A stretch of 64,000 nucleotides of DNA, taken from IMG/VR virus record IMGVR_UViG_3300049491_000850, positions 1 through 64,000 of that record. One strand, 5' to 3'. This DNA is from a virus. The translations under genes were made by a program, and so were the position numbers. Below, piece by piece: positions 28,114-37,329 of this stretch (within the stretch, counting starts at the first letter, position 1; the number at the start of each line of letters is the position of its first letter). The notes beneath the pieces are model-generated. The model ran no database searches. It saw nothing but the letters and a program-made list of their open reading frames with translations, and was not told where the DNA came from.

Positions 28114-29310
28114 CTAAGAATAAAGTGATTTCCTAATCGAAATTAAGGTATCGTTCAGATACTCAAAATCGGGAATTTCGGGCAAGTTACTGTTTTTATA
28201 CAATTCTGGCAAGTCTTTTACAATTTTTTCGGCATACTCCATAGCTACATCATATTCAACCTTTCCATACTTAATATCCATCAAAAATTGACGGTCATCT
28301 GTACGTCTAAGAATCAGCCCTTTACCCTCACCAATCTCCTTTGCCACGCTTAATAGGCGTACACAATGGGAAATATTCTTGGTATCATAATCCTGCTTCA
28401 AGTTGTTCCTATAACGTTCTGGATTGCGTTTATTCACCCAATTCCAATACTGTTCATAATCTTTGCAATGCTTGATATAACCGTCCTTATTATAAGAGAT
28501 ATTACCAAGAAAAAGAATCTCGCCTTCTGGCACATTTTCCATTTTAGGTACAGATGAAAGTCTAATCTCATTGGAGTTCTCCAATTCAATTCCTTTAAAC
28601 CCATAACCCATAGGTAATCCTGCTTGTCTTCTATTTCCCTTTACGATTTCGATGTCATATTCATTGAGATCACTTCCGAATAAATTAGCTTGTACTCTAT
28701 CGTAATAGAGTGCATATGAATCTCTGGCGTTCGTTAGTGCCACAACACCACAAAATCTTTGATCATACCCCTGAGTTTCTAACCATGCTTTGAGATCACG
28801 AGTCTTTCCAGCCTCCATCAATTTACAAAAATCCAAAGGAGTTTTACGTACCTCACCAACCGGATTATTTATTTTTTTATTTAAACCACGAGCCTTCTTG
28901 ATCTGTGCAATCGCATATTCACCAAACGATTTCTCACACTTCTTAGATAAGATGCGCGACATATCAAGATTTTTAAATTGGCTGCTATAATCTTGTGCTT
29001 TGATTGCAACAAGTAATTCTAAAACGTTTGGATTATTGTTGTTCAACAGTTCGAAGAACTTTCCAATTTCCATATAGGTAATATCATCCTTCTGCGGTTC
29101 GTCCTTTTCAACTACATCTTTGAATGATGCATCAATGCGATAGTTAAGGGAATAGAAGTCATCTTTATGTAAATGAAAAAGTCCATAAACATCTTCGTCA
29201 GATTCTTCATTATTAAGATTGAACGCATAACTTCCAATAACAGTCTTGGCAAGGATAAGACGATTATCCTTGATGAAATCTTCCGTATATTTTGATTTTA
29301 AATAACTCAT
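28114..29310 (-). CDS. Nucleotidyltransferase (YcgL/RlaP-like)
   Basis: VIGSYAFNLNNEESDEDVYG, NNPNVLELL, YDTKNISHCVRLL; start 29310 from ATGA overlap. Confidence 0.8.
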   Translation of the reverse strand: MSYLKSKYTEDFIKDNRLILAKTVIGSYAFNLNNEESDEDVYGLFHLHKDDFYSLNYRIDASFKDVVEKDEPQKDDITYMEIGKFFELLNNNNPNVLELLVAIKAQDYSSQFKNLDMSRILSKKCEKSFGEYAIAQIKKARGLNKKINNPVGEVRKTPLDFCKLMEAGKTRDLKAWLETQGYDQRFCGVVALTNARDSYALYYDRVQANLFGSDLNEYDIEIVKGNRRQAGLPMGYGFKGIELENSNEIRLSSVPKMENVPEGEILFLGNISYNKDGYIKHCKDYEQYWNWVNKRNPERYRNNLKQDYDTKNISHCVRLLSVAKEIGEGKGLILRRTDDRQFLMDIKYGKVEYDVAMEYAEKIVKDLPELYKNSNLPEIPDFEYLNDTLISIRKSLYS

Positions 29311-29513
29311 TTTACTTGTTGGTTTATTCTTGCGCAATATGTTTTCGTTCTAATGCCACAATGTTGGCACAACCAAAACCATTTCTGAAAAAGTTTTCTT
29401 CTAAACAAACTCACATTACTATTGTCAGCCACCTGTTGAAGATGTCCCGGACAATTTGCACAAATAACATCAGCTTCTTCGTGTTTTTCAGCATGCTCAA
29501 TTATTTTACTCAC
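29307..29513 (-). CDS. Small zinc-ribbon protein
   Basis: CANC...CQHC. Confidence 0.6.
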   Translation of the reverse strand: MSKIIEHAEKHEEADVICANCPGHLQQVADNSNVSLFRRKLFQKWFWLCQHCGIRTKTYCARINQQVK

Positions 29514-29928
29514 TTAATTTTTCTTTGCTTTTTAAAATTACCTCGTCACTAAGTTTGTAGGCGAGTACTGCTTCTTGTTGATAATGTGAAATAGTGAATT
29601 TAATAATACTCAACATCTCTTTTCTTGTACATTTTATACGCACAGGAATCATTCTGTCTTTGAACCTCAAATTATCAGGACTAACCCATTCACCTTTCAC
29701 GGTTTTCATGATGGTAATTCCACCAGAAACATGAATAACAAATTCATCCCATGCCTTATGGTGTTCATACGTAAATTCCTGAGTTTTGTTGGACGCAGGG
29801 ACAAGTATTTCCCACATTTTTACTCCCCATAGCTTTTTAAGCGTTTTTAGGGTTCTTTCGAATGCAATGAGTGTTATTATTGAGAAAAATAAGAATTGAA
29901 TCCAATGTTCCCCTAATTCTGCGCTCAT
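29506..29928 (-). CDS. Hypothetical protein (true start may be internal, MWEILVP)
   Basis: GGITIMKTVKGEWVSP...YQQEAVLAY suggests a small ferredoxin/PII-like fold. Confidence 0.55.
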   Translation of the reverse strand: MSAELGEHWIQFLFFSIITLIAFERTLKTLKKLWGVKMWEILVPASNKTQEFTYEHHKAWDEFVIHVSGGITIMKTVKGEWVSPDNLRFKDRMIPVRIKCTRKEMLSIIKFTISHYQQEAVLAYKLSDEVILKSKEKLSE

Positions 29929-30530
29929 GATAATTGTCTTTTAATATCTGAATTGTACAGTGCCTCAGTGAACAAAATTTGCATGTAGTCAAACATCAAG
30001 ATATAGTGACTGTCAAACAGTTCACCACTAAACTTTTCTTGTTCTTCACTATACATCTTGGCTTTTCCACCGTATTCAATGTTACCGATACGATCACAGA
30101 ACTTAACAAAACGTGCACCTTCAACATTACGAATGTCATTGTATACTTCTGGTGACATACGTTCATCACGGTTTCTTCCACGACCATTGTTTGTTACAGC
30201 ACGAACAATCTCAGCTATCTGAACACCAATCTCCGGTGATAAACCTTTAAAGATTTTCAGAATATCATTGTAAGAAAGACGAGCATCCTCAATTGAATCG
30301 TGAAGCCAACATGCTGCGATTACAAGAGGTCTCATATGCATTGGCACTAAGTGAATGAAACGATATGCAACATCAACAACGTGCGATAAATGTATCGTAT
30401 AAGACACATCACCATACTTATGATTGGTATCGTTATGACCCTGTGTTGCTGCTTTGATTGCTCTCTTTATAATTTCAACATGATGAATGTTAAAATTATA
30501 CTTCTCGTTGAATCTGATTAACTTATCCAT
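29925..30530 (-). CDS. HD-domain hydrolase, RelA/SpoT hydrolase (Mesh1/SAH)-like
   Basis: YTIHLSHV, AACWLHDSIED, VRAVT, VKFCDRIGN. Confidence 0.85.
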   Translation of the reverse strand: MDKLIRFNEKYNFNIHHVEIIKRAIKAATQGHNDTNHKYGDVSYTIHLSHVVDVAYRFIHLVPMHMRPLVIAACWLHDSIEDARLSYNDILKIFKGLSPEIGVQIAEIVRAVTNNGRGRNRDERMSPEVYNDIRNVEGARFVKFCDRIGNIEYGGKAKMYSEEQEKFSGELFDSHYILMFDYMQILFTEALYNSDIKRQLS

Positions 30531-30964
30531 TACTTTATCTTTAGTTTTGCCTTATCCATTAACTCCTGTAATTCAGGTGTAATACTGTCCTGATTGATTG
30601 CACCATGTTCGTCCATATAGGCTCTTATCTTATCCCATGCATCCAAATGTGCAAGAAGACCGGGATAAACATTCTCAGCAGTACCCATGATCAATACTTC
30701 TGAATTTTTTCCATATTCAAATGCATACCAAATTTTCCCACCATCGAAAGATAAAAGATTATAACATAACATTTCATCGTTATTCAGACGAGTACCACCA
30801 TGCTTGGTCAAGTAGGTAGTCTCATAATTTTTTACGATCTCCAATTGTTTGTTCAATTCCTTTTTTGTGGTAGTCGCAAGACCTACAAAAAATAAAACGA
30901 TAAGTATAAGTAAACCTACAAATAATAGCATTACGTACTCACCTCTCTTTGTTGTATCTTCCAT
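30530..30964 (-). CDS. Membrane-anchored hypothetical protein
   Basis: N-terminal TM helix. Confidence 0.65.
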   Translation of the reverse strand: MEDTTKRGEYVMLLFVGLLILIVLFFVGLATTTKKELNKQLEIVKNYETTYLTKHGGTRLNNDEMLCYNLLSFDGGKIWYAFEYGKNSEVLIMGTAENVYPGLLAHLDAWDKIRAYMDEHGAINQDSITPELQELMDKAKLKIK

Positions 30965-30966
30965 AA

Positions 30967-31947
30967 TTATTTTGTTGCGTGTAATAAAATATCTTGTTCA
31001 ATTTCTTTCTTGGTAGCACCTAAAATGAAATCTTCAAATGCCTGAATATCTTTGAACCCTTCTTTATAATTGTTCATGAAAACTCCAAGTTCTTTTCCAG
31101 TAATACCAGTCAATTCCATGATGATTCCACCATTAAACTTCTTGGATAATTTTTCAAGTATCTCTTGTCTAAGGACATGCTTCTCGTAGGCTTCCTTTAA
31201 ATTTGTTTCAAAGTACATATCGATGTCCGGTATGTAATTTTCTCTAGGCTGAATAAAAGGATAGTTCTTAGTGATCTTGTTGGTTTCCAAATACTCAAGA
31301 AATTTCACAAAATCAGGTCTTTCAGTTGCTCTTTTTCTTACATTGAAAAATGCTGGATCATAAGAGTTACTACAAAACATTGGACTTGAGACCACGTAAT
31401 CAAATATATCCTCAACGGAATTAAATCCTTGTTTCCAACGAAGATATGATAACCCGATGAAATCTAATATTCTTGCCATGTCTCGACTAACAATGATCTC
31501 TTTGGAGACATGGTTATTATAGCCACGCAAAACATAAAATAAACCTGCTTCACCGTATCTCAAATTAAATTTGTGATATATTCTACCAATCAAGTTCCCA
31601 AGAATATTGTACGACATGAAGTTTAAGCTACTTTCAAATTCCGATGTTGGTGTCATGAAGAAATCAACTTGGAAATTCTGATAGAGCATCGACATCACGT
31701 TTCGAACTTTGTGTGTTTCAACTACTCCTAAATCGTTACATATCTCGACAAACCAATTAGGTCGATTCAATACAATGCCAGCATCAAGAATAATATCCAC
31801 ATCACCATAATCGGCTTTACTGTGGTAGGGTGTTGGTATTCCATATCTTTCACCGAAGTGTTTGTCCAATATGGGTTTGAGTGAAGCAAGAATTTCTTCG
31901 TACCTCTCTTTATCAACTCGTCCGGCTTTAAATAAATTACCTCCCAT
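30967..31947 (-). CDS. PolX-like nucleotidyltransferase
   Basis: KADYGDVDIIL, FQVDFF, LGNLIGR, LRYGEAGL. Confidence 0.7.
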   Translation of the reverse strand: MGGNLFKAGRVDKERYEEILASLKPILDKHFGERYGIPTPYHSKADYGDVDIILDAGIVLNRPNWFVEICNDLGVVETHKVRNVMSMLYQNFQVDFFMTPTSEFESSLNFMSYNILGNLIGRIYHKFNLRYGEAGLFYVLRGYNNHVSKEIIVSRDMARILDFIGLSYLRWKQGFNSVEDIFDYVVSSPMFCSNSYDPAFFNVRKRATERPDFVKFLEYLETNKITKNYPFIQPRENYIPDIDMYFETNLKEAYEKHVLRQEILEKLSKKFNGGIIMELTGITGKELGVFMNNYKEGFKDIQAFEDFILGATKKEIEQDILLHATK

Positions 31948-32207
31948 TACTCGTAACTTTCGTTTTTTAAAACTCCAATTAATTTTATTAAATCATCTGG
32001 TGTTATTGCTTCTTCTGCTTTTGTTTGAAACTCGTCAAATAACTTTTCATAGTTATTCAATGTTGTTTCATTATCTGATACTATTTTCAAAGCATGTCTT
32101 GCTTGGAATCCACTATCTTTTATGATTTGATCATTTTTATAGTTTGCTTCTTCCGCGTAAAACTTTAACGCTTCACTCAATAACTTAATTAAACTTTCGA
32201 CCTGCAT
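31947..32207 (-). CDS. Hypothetical protein
   Basis: EALKFYA...ARHAL motif; coupled ORF. Confidence 0.65.
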   Translation of the reverse strand: MQVESLIKLLSEALKFYAEEANYKNDQIIKDSGFQARHALKIVSDNETTLNNYEKLFDEFQTKAEEAITPDDLIKLIGVLKNESYE

Positions 32208-32545
32208 GCTATGTCAATCTTTTTTAATGCTTCTTTGAGAGGTAGGTTATACAGACCTCCCTTATCGATGTCGTCCATGATGTTTATACTCAGTAACGTA
32301 TCGTGTTTTCTTTTTTCATCAACTTCAAGATAAATAAATTTGTGCTCCTTTATTAAAAGAACCGACAAAGTATTGAATCTTGTGATACTTGGTCTGATGT
32401 CTTCCAAGCTATGTTTATACACACTGTTCAAAATAGTGCGAAAATCGTTCTCGTATTTTTCCCTATTTTCAAGTCCCTTGACTTTCAGTTCATTCTCAAA
32501 ATCTTCAAAGATTTTGCGTTTTTGTACCCTTCCTGCGTTTATCAT
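32189..32545 (-). CDS. Hypothetical protein
   Basis: First gene downstream of the ECF-like promoter. Confidence 0.6.
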   Translation of the reverse strand: MINAGRVQKRKIFEDFENELKVKGLENREKYENDFRTILNSVYKHSLEDIRPSITRFNTLSVLLIKEHKFIYLEVDEKRKHDTLLSINIMDDIDKGGLYNLPLKEALKKIDIACRSKV

Positions 32546-32563
32546 ATTCGTCCGTTTATTGGA

Positions 32564-32591
32564 TTATACGTAAACTATCAGGATTTGTTCT
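32564..32591 (-). promoter_or_regulatory. ECF-like promoter AGAAC-N16-CGTATAA
   Basis: Same spacing as the other copies; heads the NTase/HD/ThyX cassette. Confidence 0.6.
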
Positions 32592-32925
32592 TCTCTTCCA
32601 GCAATTGTTTTTGCTCTTCGATCAATTTTAACATGTCTTTTTTCTCAAATTCGTACAATTTATACTCCCGAAAGTAGGTACAATTCGGGTTTTTTGCAAT
32701 ATTTTTTGAGAAGTAAACACCCTGAGAATCAGAATTTTCGAACCCAACATATAGTTCGGCATCCACGCTGGCATACGAATAAACCACACCTTTCTTAAAA
32801 ATAATGAAAAGCATCTTCTTTCCGGGCAAATAAATCGACTTCATGATGTTTGATGAATCGAAAAGTGCCTCATAAAACAACTCCTGTGTTTCTTCGTCTC
32901 TTAATTCCTTGCGTTCGAGTAGCAT
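32578..32925 (-). CDS. KTSC-domain protein
   Basis: DSSNIMKSIY...LFIIFKKGVVYSY..V...F.NSDSQGVYFSKNI. Confidence 0.75.
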   Translation of the reverse strand: MLLERKELRDEETQELFYEALFDSSNIMKSIYLPGKKMLFIIFKKGVVYSYASVDAELYVGFENSDSQGVYFSKNIAKNPNCTYFREYKLYEFEKKDMLKLIEEQKQLLEEKNKS

Positions 32926-32932
32926 TTGCTAA

Positions 32933-32941
32933 GTATTTATA
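32933..32941 (+). promoter_or_regulatory. Late promoter motif GTATTTATA
   Basis: 8 nt upstream of ATG 32950. Confidence 0.7.
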
Positions 32942-32949
32942 GTTGAATT

Positions 32950-33717
32950 ATGGCACTACCTAAGAAAAAAACGGATTTTGTTCTTAACCCTCCAAAAGTT
33001 GGATCGGAGTATTTGAATTATGGCATGGAAAGAATTGAAGAACTTATGATCAAAACAGATAAGAGAACCAATTATTTACCAAAAACCATAGGTCTAAAAG
33101 ACATCGATCAAGCAGCCTTCGATTTCGTTAAAAACAAAGATATGAAAATTATCATTGATGGGAAAGACGTGCCTGTTATATTTTTGACCAACGAAAGATG
33201 GGCAGAATTCTCGAAAACTTGGCAATATGTTGACCTTGACAAGAATCTTCTTACACCATTCATTACTATCGTAAGATCAGGTGAAGCGGAAGGTACTCGC
33301 CTTGGTAAAAGATGGAACGTTGCTCAAAGAAGATGTTTCAGATATTTGGATGTGCCTATTCTTGATGAAGGTGAAACAATAAATCTTCGTTTCAAAATTC
33401 CAGAACCGATCAATGTAGATGTTAACTTCGATATTCGTCTGTTCACGAAATATCAAAACGATCTTAATACTTTTGATGAAAAGGTTTTAAGAACTTTTGC
33501 AAGCAGACAAGCCTATACTTGGATCAAAGGAAACCCTATGCCTATTGTTCACGAATCGTCAGGTACTCCCGGAAATTCTGTTCAAGATGTCAAAGGGGAT
33601 AGAATGTATGTGAAGCAACATCAAATCAGAGTGCAAGGTTTTATTCAATCAGATAAAGATTTTCAAATTACAAAAACAACAAGACTACCGAATATTGGTA
33701 TTACCAATGTCGATTAA
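32950..33717 (+). CDS. Tail completion / sheath stabiliser (T4 gp15-like)
   Basis: VPVIFLTNERW, PFITIVR, PEPINVDVNFDI, DLNTFDEK; late motif. Confidence 0.6.
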   Translation: MALPKKKTDFVLNPPKVGSEYLNYGMERIEELMIKTDKRTNYLPKTIGLKDIDQAAFDFVKNKDMKIIIDGKDVPVIFLTNERWAEFSKTWQYVDLDKNLLTPFITIVRSGEAEGTRLGKRWNVAQRRCFRYLDVPILDEGETINLRFKIPEPINVDVNFDIRLFTKYQNDLNTFDEKVLRTFASRQAYTWIKGNPMPIVHESSGTPGNSVQDVKGDRMYVKQHQIRVQGFIQSDKDFQITKTTRLPNIGITNVD

Positions 33718-33840
33718 TCTTTCAATTTCATTTTTTGAAAAAATTATTTCTTGATCATCGATACCAATCATAATTTTTGGTGTTACCACACTATAATTTT
33801 CTCTAATGAGATATTCTATTATTTCGTTTTCAATACTCAC

Positions 33841-33879
33841 AAAAAAGGGTTAAATTTTTACAAATCTAACCCTTTTTTT
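33841..33879. terminator. Bidirectional terminator-like inverted repeat
   Basis: AAAAAAGGGTTA...TAACCCTTTTTT between convergent genes. Confidence 0.7.
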
Positions 33880-33894
33880 GTTCCTTTAAAATTC

Positions 33895-34692
33895 TTATAC
33901 TACGCCTAGTTGTGCTAATATTCTTGGTAAGACTTGTCTTGCTGCTGCCACTAATTCACCAGCCTTGATTGAAGATAATCCACCTTCTGCTGCTGCCAAT
34001 CCTGCCTGACCAGTTGCGCCAGCATGAAGTGCTCCTGTTGCACCAACACCAAAGAATGATGCAATGATTCCATAGAACACTAATTTATTTACCATTTTTC
34101 TTTTTGCTGGATCAAGTTTTTGTGTTACTGGTGCAAGTGCTTTATCAATAAGATGCTCATATGTATGGTGCATTTTATCCCCAAAATCTTTTGCTTTCTG
34201 ACCAAATTGTGAAAGATCACCACTACCAACTTTCTTACCTAAAAATGATGCTGCTGCACCAATTAATTTTGTGATTGCTGGAAGTGCCAATGCAGTACCA
34301 CCAATTAATGAAAACAATGCTTCATCTAATTCTTGGGACTCTTGAATTGGTTGTGTTGGTACAGTACCTTGGACTGTTTGAGTTGGCGATACTGGTTGCT
34401 GAGGTTGTACCGTTTGTTGAGCACTTACAGGTTGTTGTAATTGATCAGGTTGACCCGCCAATTCTAATTGACCATCCTTATCACCTGTAGTTTTAGCAGC
34501 ATTTGCCAAGGCATTTGGAAGTTCTCCCATTACCTGATTTAATGCTGCCGTAACTTGTTGTTCGAATGCGGCTTCTTCATTTGGATCAATGGTTTCATTA
34601 GTCACGATACTTTCGTTCATTGACTTTTTACCGTTGTATCCGGTCAAATATTTCATTCTGCTGATATGTTCGTTCAGACTACTTTTTCTCAT
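33895..34692 (-). CDS. Putative head-packaged protein with C-terminal hydrophobic helices
   Basis: N-terminal SLNEHISRMKYLTGY; Q/P linker; two Gly/Ala-rich hydrophobic segments after ELDE; late motif. Confidence 0.6.
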   Translation of the reverse strand: MRKSSLNEHISRMKYLTGYNGKKSMNESIVTNETIDPNEEAAFEQQVTAALNQVMGELPNALANAAKTTGDKDGQLELAGQPDQLQQPVSAQQTVQPQQPVSPTQTVQGTVPTQPIQESQELDEALFSLIGGTALALPAITKLIGAAASFLGKKVGSGDLSQFGQKAKDFGDKMHHTYEHLIDKALAPVTQKLDPAKRKMVNKLVFYGIIASFFGVGATGALHAGATGQAGLAAAEGGLSSIKAGELVAAARQVLPRILAQLGVV

Positions 34693-34709
34693 AAAAACTG
34701 CGATTTCTC

Positions 34710-34718
34710 TATAAATAC
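34710..34718 (-). promoter_or_regulatory. Late promoter motif GTATTTATA
   Basis: 17 nt upstream of ATG 34692. Confidence 0.7.
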
Positions 34719-35495
34719 TTAAATTGTAATGTAACTTCCGCTATTGTCAAACGTATTTCCAGAAGGATAATTAGGTTTTTCAACCGGAATCGACTGCACC
34801 GTAGCATTGACGAACGAGTCGTATACAGGGTTAAGTAATTCTCTCAATACTATTGGTGTGTAAACTGGCACGAAACTATATTGAAGCGTATTGGGGTTAA
34901 TGTTAATTTTGTGATAAAGTTTCTCCTGTGTTGTGACAGCAGGTGCATTTTGATTAAAGAAGGAGTAAAACTTACCAGACTTTGCAGAATAAAATAAAAA
35001 CTTAATATAGAAATCTCTACTAGTTCCACTCATGCTATCTAAAACAGATTGTGCAACATAGAGATTAGAAAATTCATTGTCAGCATTGAAGGTGTAACTT
35101 GCCACCAGATTACTTTTTGCAAAATCAAAACCGTTATAGTATCCAGTATGTTTTTTGCTTTGCACTTCATCTCTAAACGAATCAAATAATTGAATCACAT
35201 AGAAACTGTTTTTTGCTGCAACAGTGTTGTAGTCAGTGAAACCAGTAAATTCCAACGGTGCTACTTTATTACTTGTATATATTGTACCATTCCAAAACTG
35301 AAATTGAATTATTGCAGAGGCACTTGGAAGTATTCTTCTTGTTTCAGCATCAGTAACATCATTGATTGAAGTATCTGTTTCATCTTCCACAGCTTTTGTT
35401 ACATCATCATCATAACCCAATAGGTTTCCAATTCCTTTAAGTGGAATCATTATACTCTGATCATTATCCGTTAATCTAATTGAAATCTTTTTCAT
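34719..35495 (-). CDS. Virion structural protein (probably baseplate)
   Basis: TAATG overlap with the upstream gene gives start 35495; aromatic beta-rich sequence. Confidence 0.6.
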   Translation of the reverse strand: MKKISIRLTDNDQSIMIPLKGIGNLLGYDDDVTKAVEDETDTSINDVTDAETRRILPSASAIIQFQFWNGTIYTSNKVAPLEFTGFTDYNTVAAKNSFYVIQLFDSFRDEVQSKKHTGYYNGFDFAKSNLVASYTFNADNEFSNLYVAQSVLDSMSGTSRDFYIKFLFYSAKSGKFYSFFNQNAPAVTTQEKLYHKININPNTLQYSFVPVYTPIVLRELLNPVYDSFVNATVQSIPVEKPNYPSGNTFDNSGSYITI

Positions 35496-36649
35496 TAGGT
35501 GCATCTATTACCTAAACCACTCAAAGGAGTGTTCGGTTTAGTATTAAGTTTAGAGTTAGGGCCGAACTTGATTGCGCTGAACACACTGTTGGTATTTGCA
35601 TGATCAGGATCAGGTGTCAATGGCAACGTAATTGGAGTGAATACGTAATGTCTTTTATTAACAAACGGATAATCAACTCCCGAATTAGTTATTGGATCGA
35701 TATAACCGTTAGGTAGAATATCTCTCCACACATAATTACCATTTCCGTCTGGTATTAACGTTGCATATGAAGGAATAGTAAAATCGTTTTCAGTTCCACC
35801 TGAAATATTCGCAGTGATTACTTCATCACCGAAATCTCTAAGTTTGATTGGAATGAACGGATTATACTTGAACTGTAACACACCAACATCGTAAGGAAAT
35901 GTTATATAGTTTGTCATTCTTTTTTCAACCGTTTGACTGAAAGATAAGAGTTGATAATTAACAACGTCACCCATCAATACGTCACCAACATTGTAGCCAG
36001 TACTCATATTATAGACAACATCTTCGTATGTTTCAGTTATCCAATTATAATATTTATAAGTTTCGGGCGTACCGTTTCCGTTCGTTCTTTTCTTATAGAC
36101 AAAATGTAAATAAAGTTCTGTAAACGGAAATCCAAAAGAATCTCTATACCCTTCAAGACTAAAGTCAATGTTGAACCCATAATTATAATTAAAATTGAAG
36201 AAGATATTTCTCCCGAAGCCAGCCTTGAATACTTCCCCGTTTCCCAACTTAGTTGCAACAACGTAATTTCTTATATAAGAGTCTCCACTTATATGTGTAT
36301 GCCCGGTTGACGGGTAACATAGGTACATGTCAAATGAATATGGTAGGTTTTTCGTATTACCACTTAATTCATCCCCAAGTCTTGGTGGAGTGAAGAAATC
36401 GGTTAACACTTTGTATTGACGTTTTAGTCCATTAATAATAGAGATAAAATCCGCTCTGCCGTAAACACGATATGTTTCGCTCTCTTGTCTCTCTGCATCA
36501 AATAACGCTGCCACATCAATAACTGAGGATTCATTATAGGAAAGGATTTCCATTGAAGAGTTTGTGAGTTCAATATTAATGTTCTGGTCAACATTAATAG
36601 CATCCACATTCTTCTTCGAACCCAACTGTATGATCAAATTTTCATCCAT
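35495..36649 (-). CDS. Virion structural protein (probably baseplate)
   Basis: FDAERQESETYRVYG; WRDILPNGYID...GVDYPFVN; late motif. Confidence 0.6.
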   Translation of the reverse strand: MDENLIIQLGSKKNVDAINVDQNINIELTNSSMEILSYNESSVIDVAALFDAERQESETYRVYGRADFISIINGLKRQYKVLTDFFTPPRLGDELSGNTKNLPYSFDMYLCYPSTGHTHISGDSYIRNYVVATKLGNGEVFKAGFGRNIFFNFNYNYGFNIDFSLEGYRDSFGFPFTELYLHFVYKKRTNGNGTPETYKYYNWITETYEDVVYNMSTGYNVGDVLMGDVVNYQLLSFSQTVEKRMTNYITFPYDVGVLQFKYNPFIPIKLRDFGDEVITANISGGTENDFTIPSYATLIPDGNGNYVWRDILPNGYIDPITNSGVDYPFVNKRHYVFTPITLPLTPDPDHANTNSVFSAIKFGPNSKLNTKPNTPLSGLGNRCT

Positions 36650-36653
36650 ATCC

Positions 36654-36662
36654 TATAAATAG
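36654..36662 (-). promoter_or_regulatory. Late promoter motif CTATTTATA
   Basis: Only 4 nt upstream of ATG 36649. Confidence 0.6.
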
Positions 36663-36685
36663 TTCAAAAAATTATTGGGTTTTGC

Positions 36686-36713
36686 GCAACCTTTAATCAA
36701 AACCCCCGTATAA
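36686..36713 (+). promoter_or_regulatory. ECF-like promoter GCAAC-N16-CGTATAA
   Basis: Upstream of the lipoprotein gene; matches 4405-4432. Confidence 0.65.
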
Positions 36714-36754
36714 TACAATAGAAAGCAATTAAAAACTTTAAAAAAACAAGAATT

Positions 36755-37279
36755 ATGAAAAACAAGAATTTAGTATCCCTTTTGGCAATCGCAATGATCG
36801 CCCTCTTTTCAGTAACTTTAACAAGTTGCGGTGATGAATCGGAAGACCCTAAACCAGCAACGAAGACTGACCTGCAAAAGGTTCAGGAAGCGATTGCAGG
36901 TTCTACATGGACACTTGAGACTGCTACAGTTGAAACTGGTTCTCAAAGTTATCACTACAATGGTGATTGTGATTTTACCGTGTTCGCTGGTAACACTGCA
37001 CTTGCCACTAACTCAACTGATTTTGCATACACTTTCAGTGCTGATGGTACTAAGGTATCTTATGTTGAACAGTGTGGTTCACAAACAGGTACTAATATTC
37101 CGTACACTGTTACGCAATCAGGTAACGTTTATACTGTTACTTATAAGCACGGATCGTCAGACGTTAAATTTGAACTTCTTACTCAACTTGAGGATATTAA
37201 TGACACTGAGATAAATGTGAAACGAGTTTCCCCGCTTTATGGTGGAGCAACATACGTGAAACTTATCTTCGCAAAATAA
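36755..37279 (+). CDS. Bacteroidota-type lipoprotein (lipocalin-like beta barrel)
   Basis: Lipobox LTS|C followed by acidic GDESEDPKP; GSTWTL motif. Confidence 0.8.
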   Translation: MKNKNLVSLLAIAMIALFSVTLTSCGDESEDPKPATKTDLQKVQEAIAGSTWTLETATVETGSQSYHYNGDCDFTVFAGNTALATNSTDFAYTFSADGTKVSYVEQCGSQTGTNIPYTVTQSGNVYTVTYKHGSSDVKFELLTQLEDINDTEINVKRVSPLYGGATYVKLIFAK

Positions 37280-37297
37280 GCCCCACTTTAAATAAAC

Positions 37298-37329
37298 AAA
37301 AAAGCCTCCCGATAAAGGAGGCTTTTTTT
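37298..37329. terminator. Bidirectional intrinsic terminator
   Basis: AAAAAAGCCTCC-cgataaa-GGAGGCTTTTTT. Confidence 0.9.

Noticed and set aside
33685-33840. ~51-codon GTG-start minus-strand ORF (MSIENEIIEYLIRE...)
   Set aside because: Short, overlaps the gp15-like 3' end and has no recognisable motif; possible but unsupported
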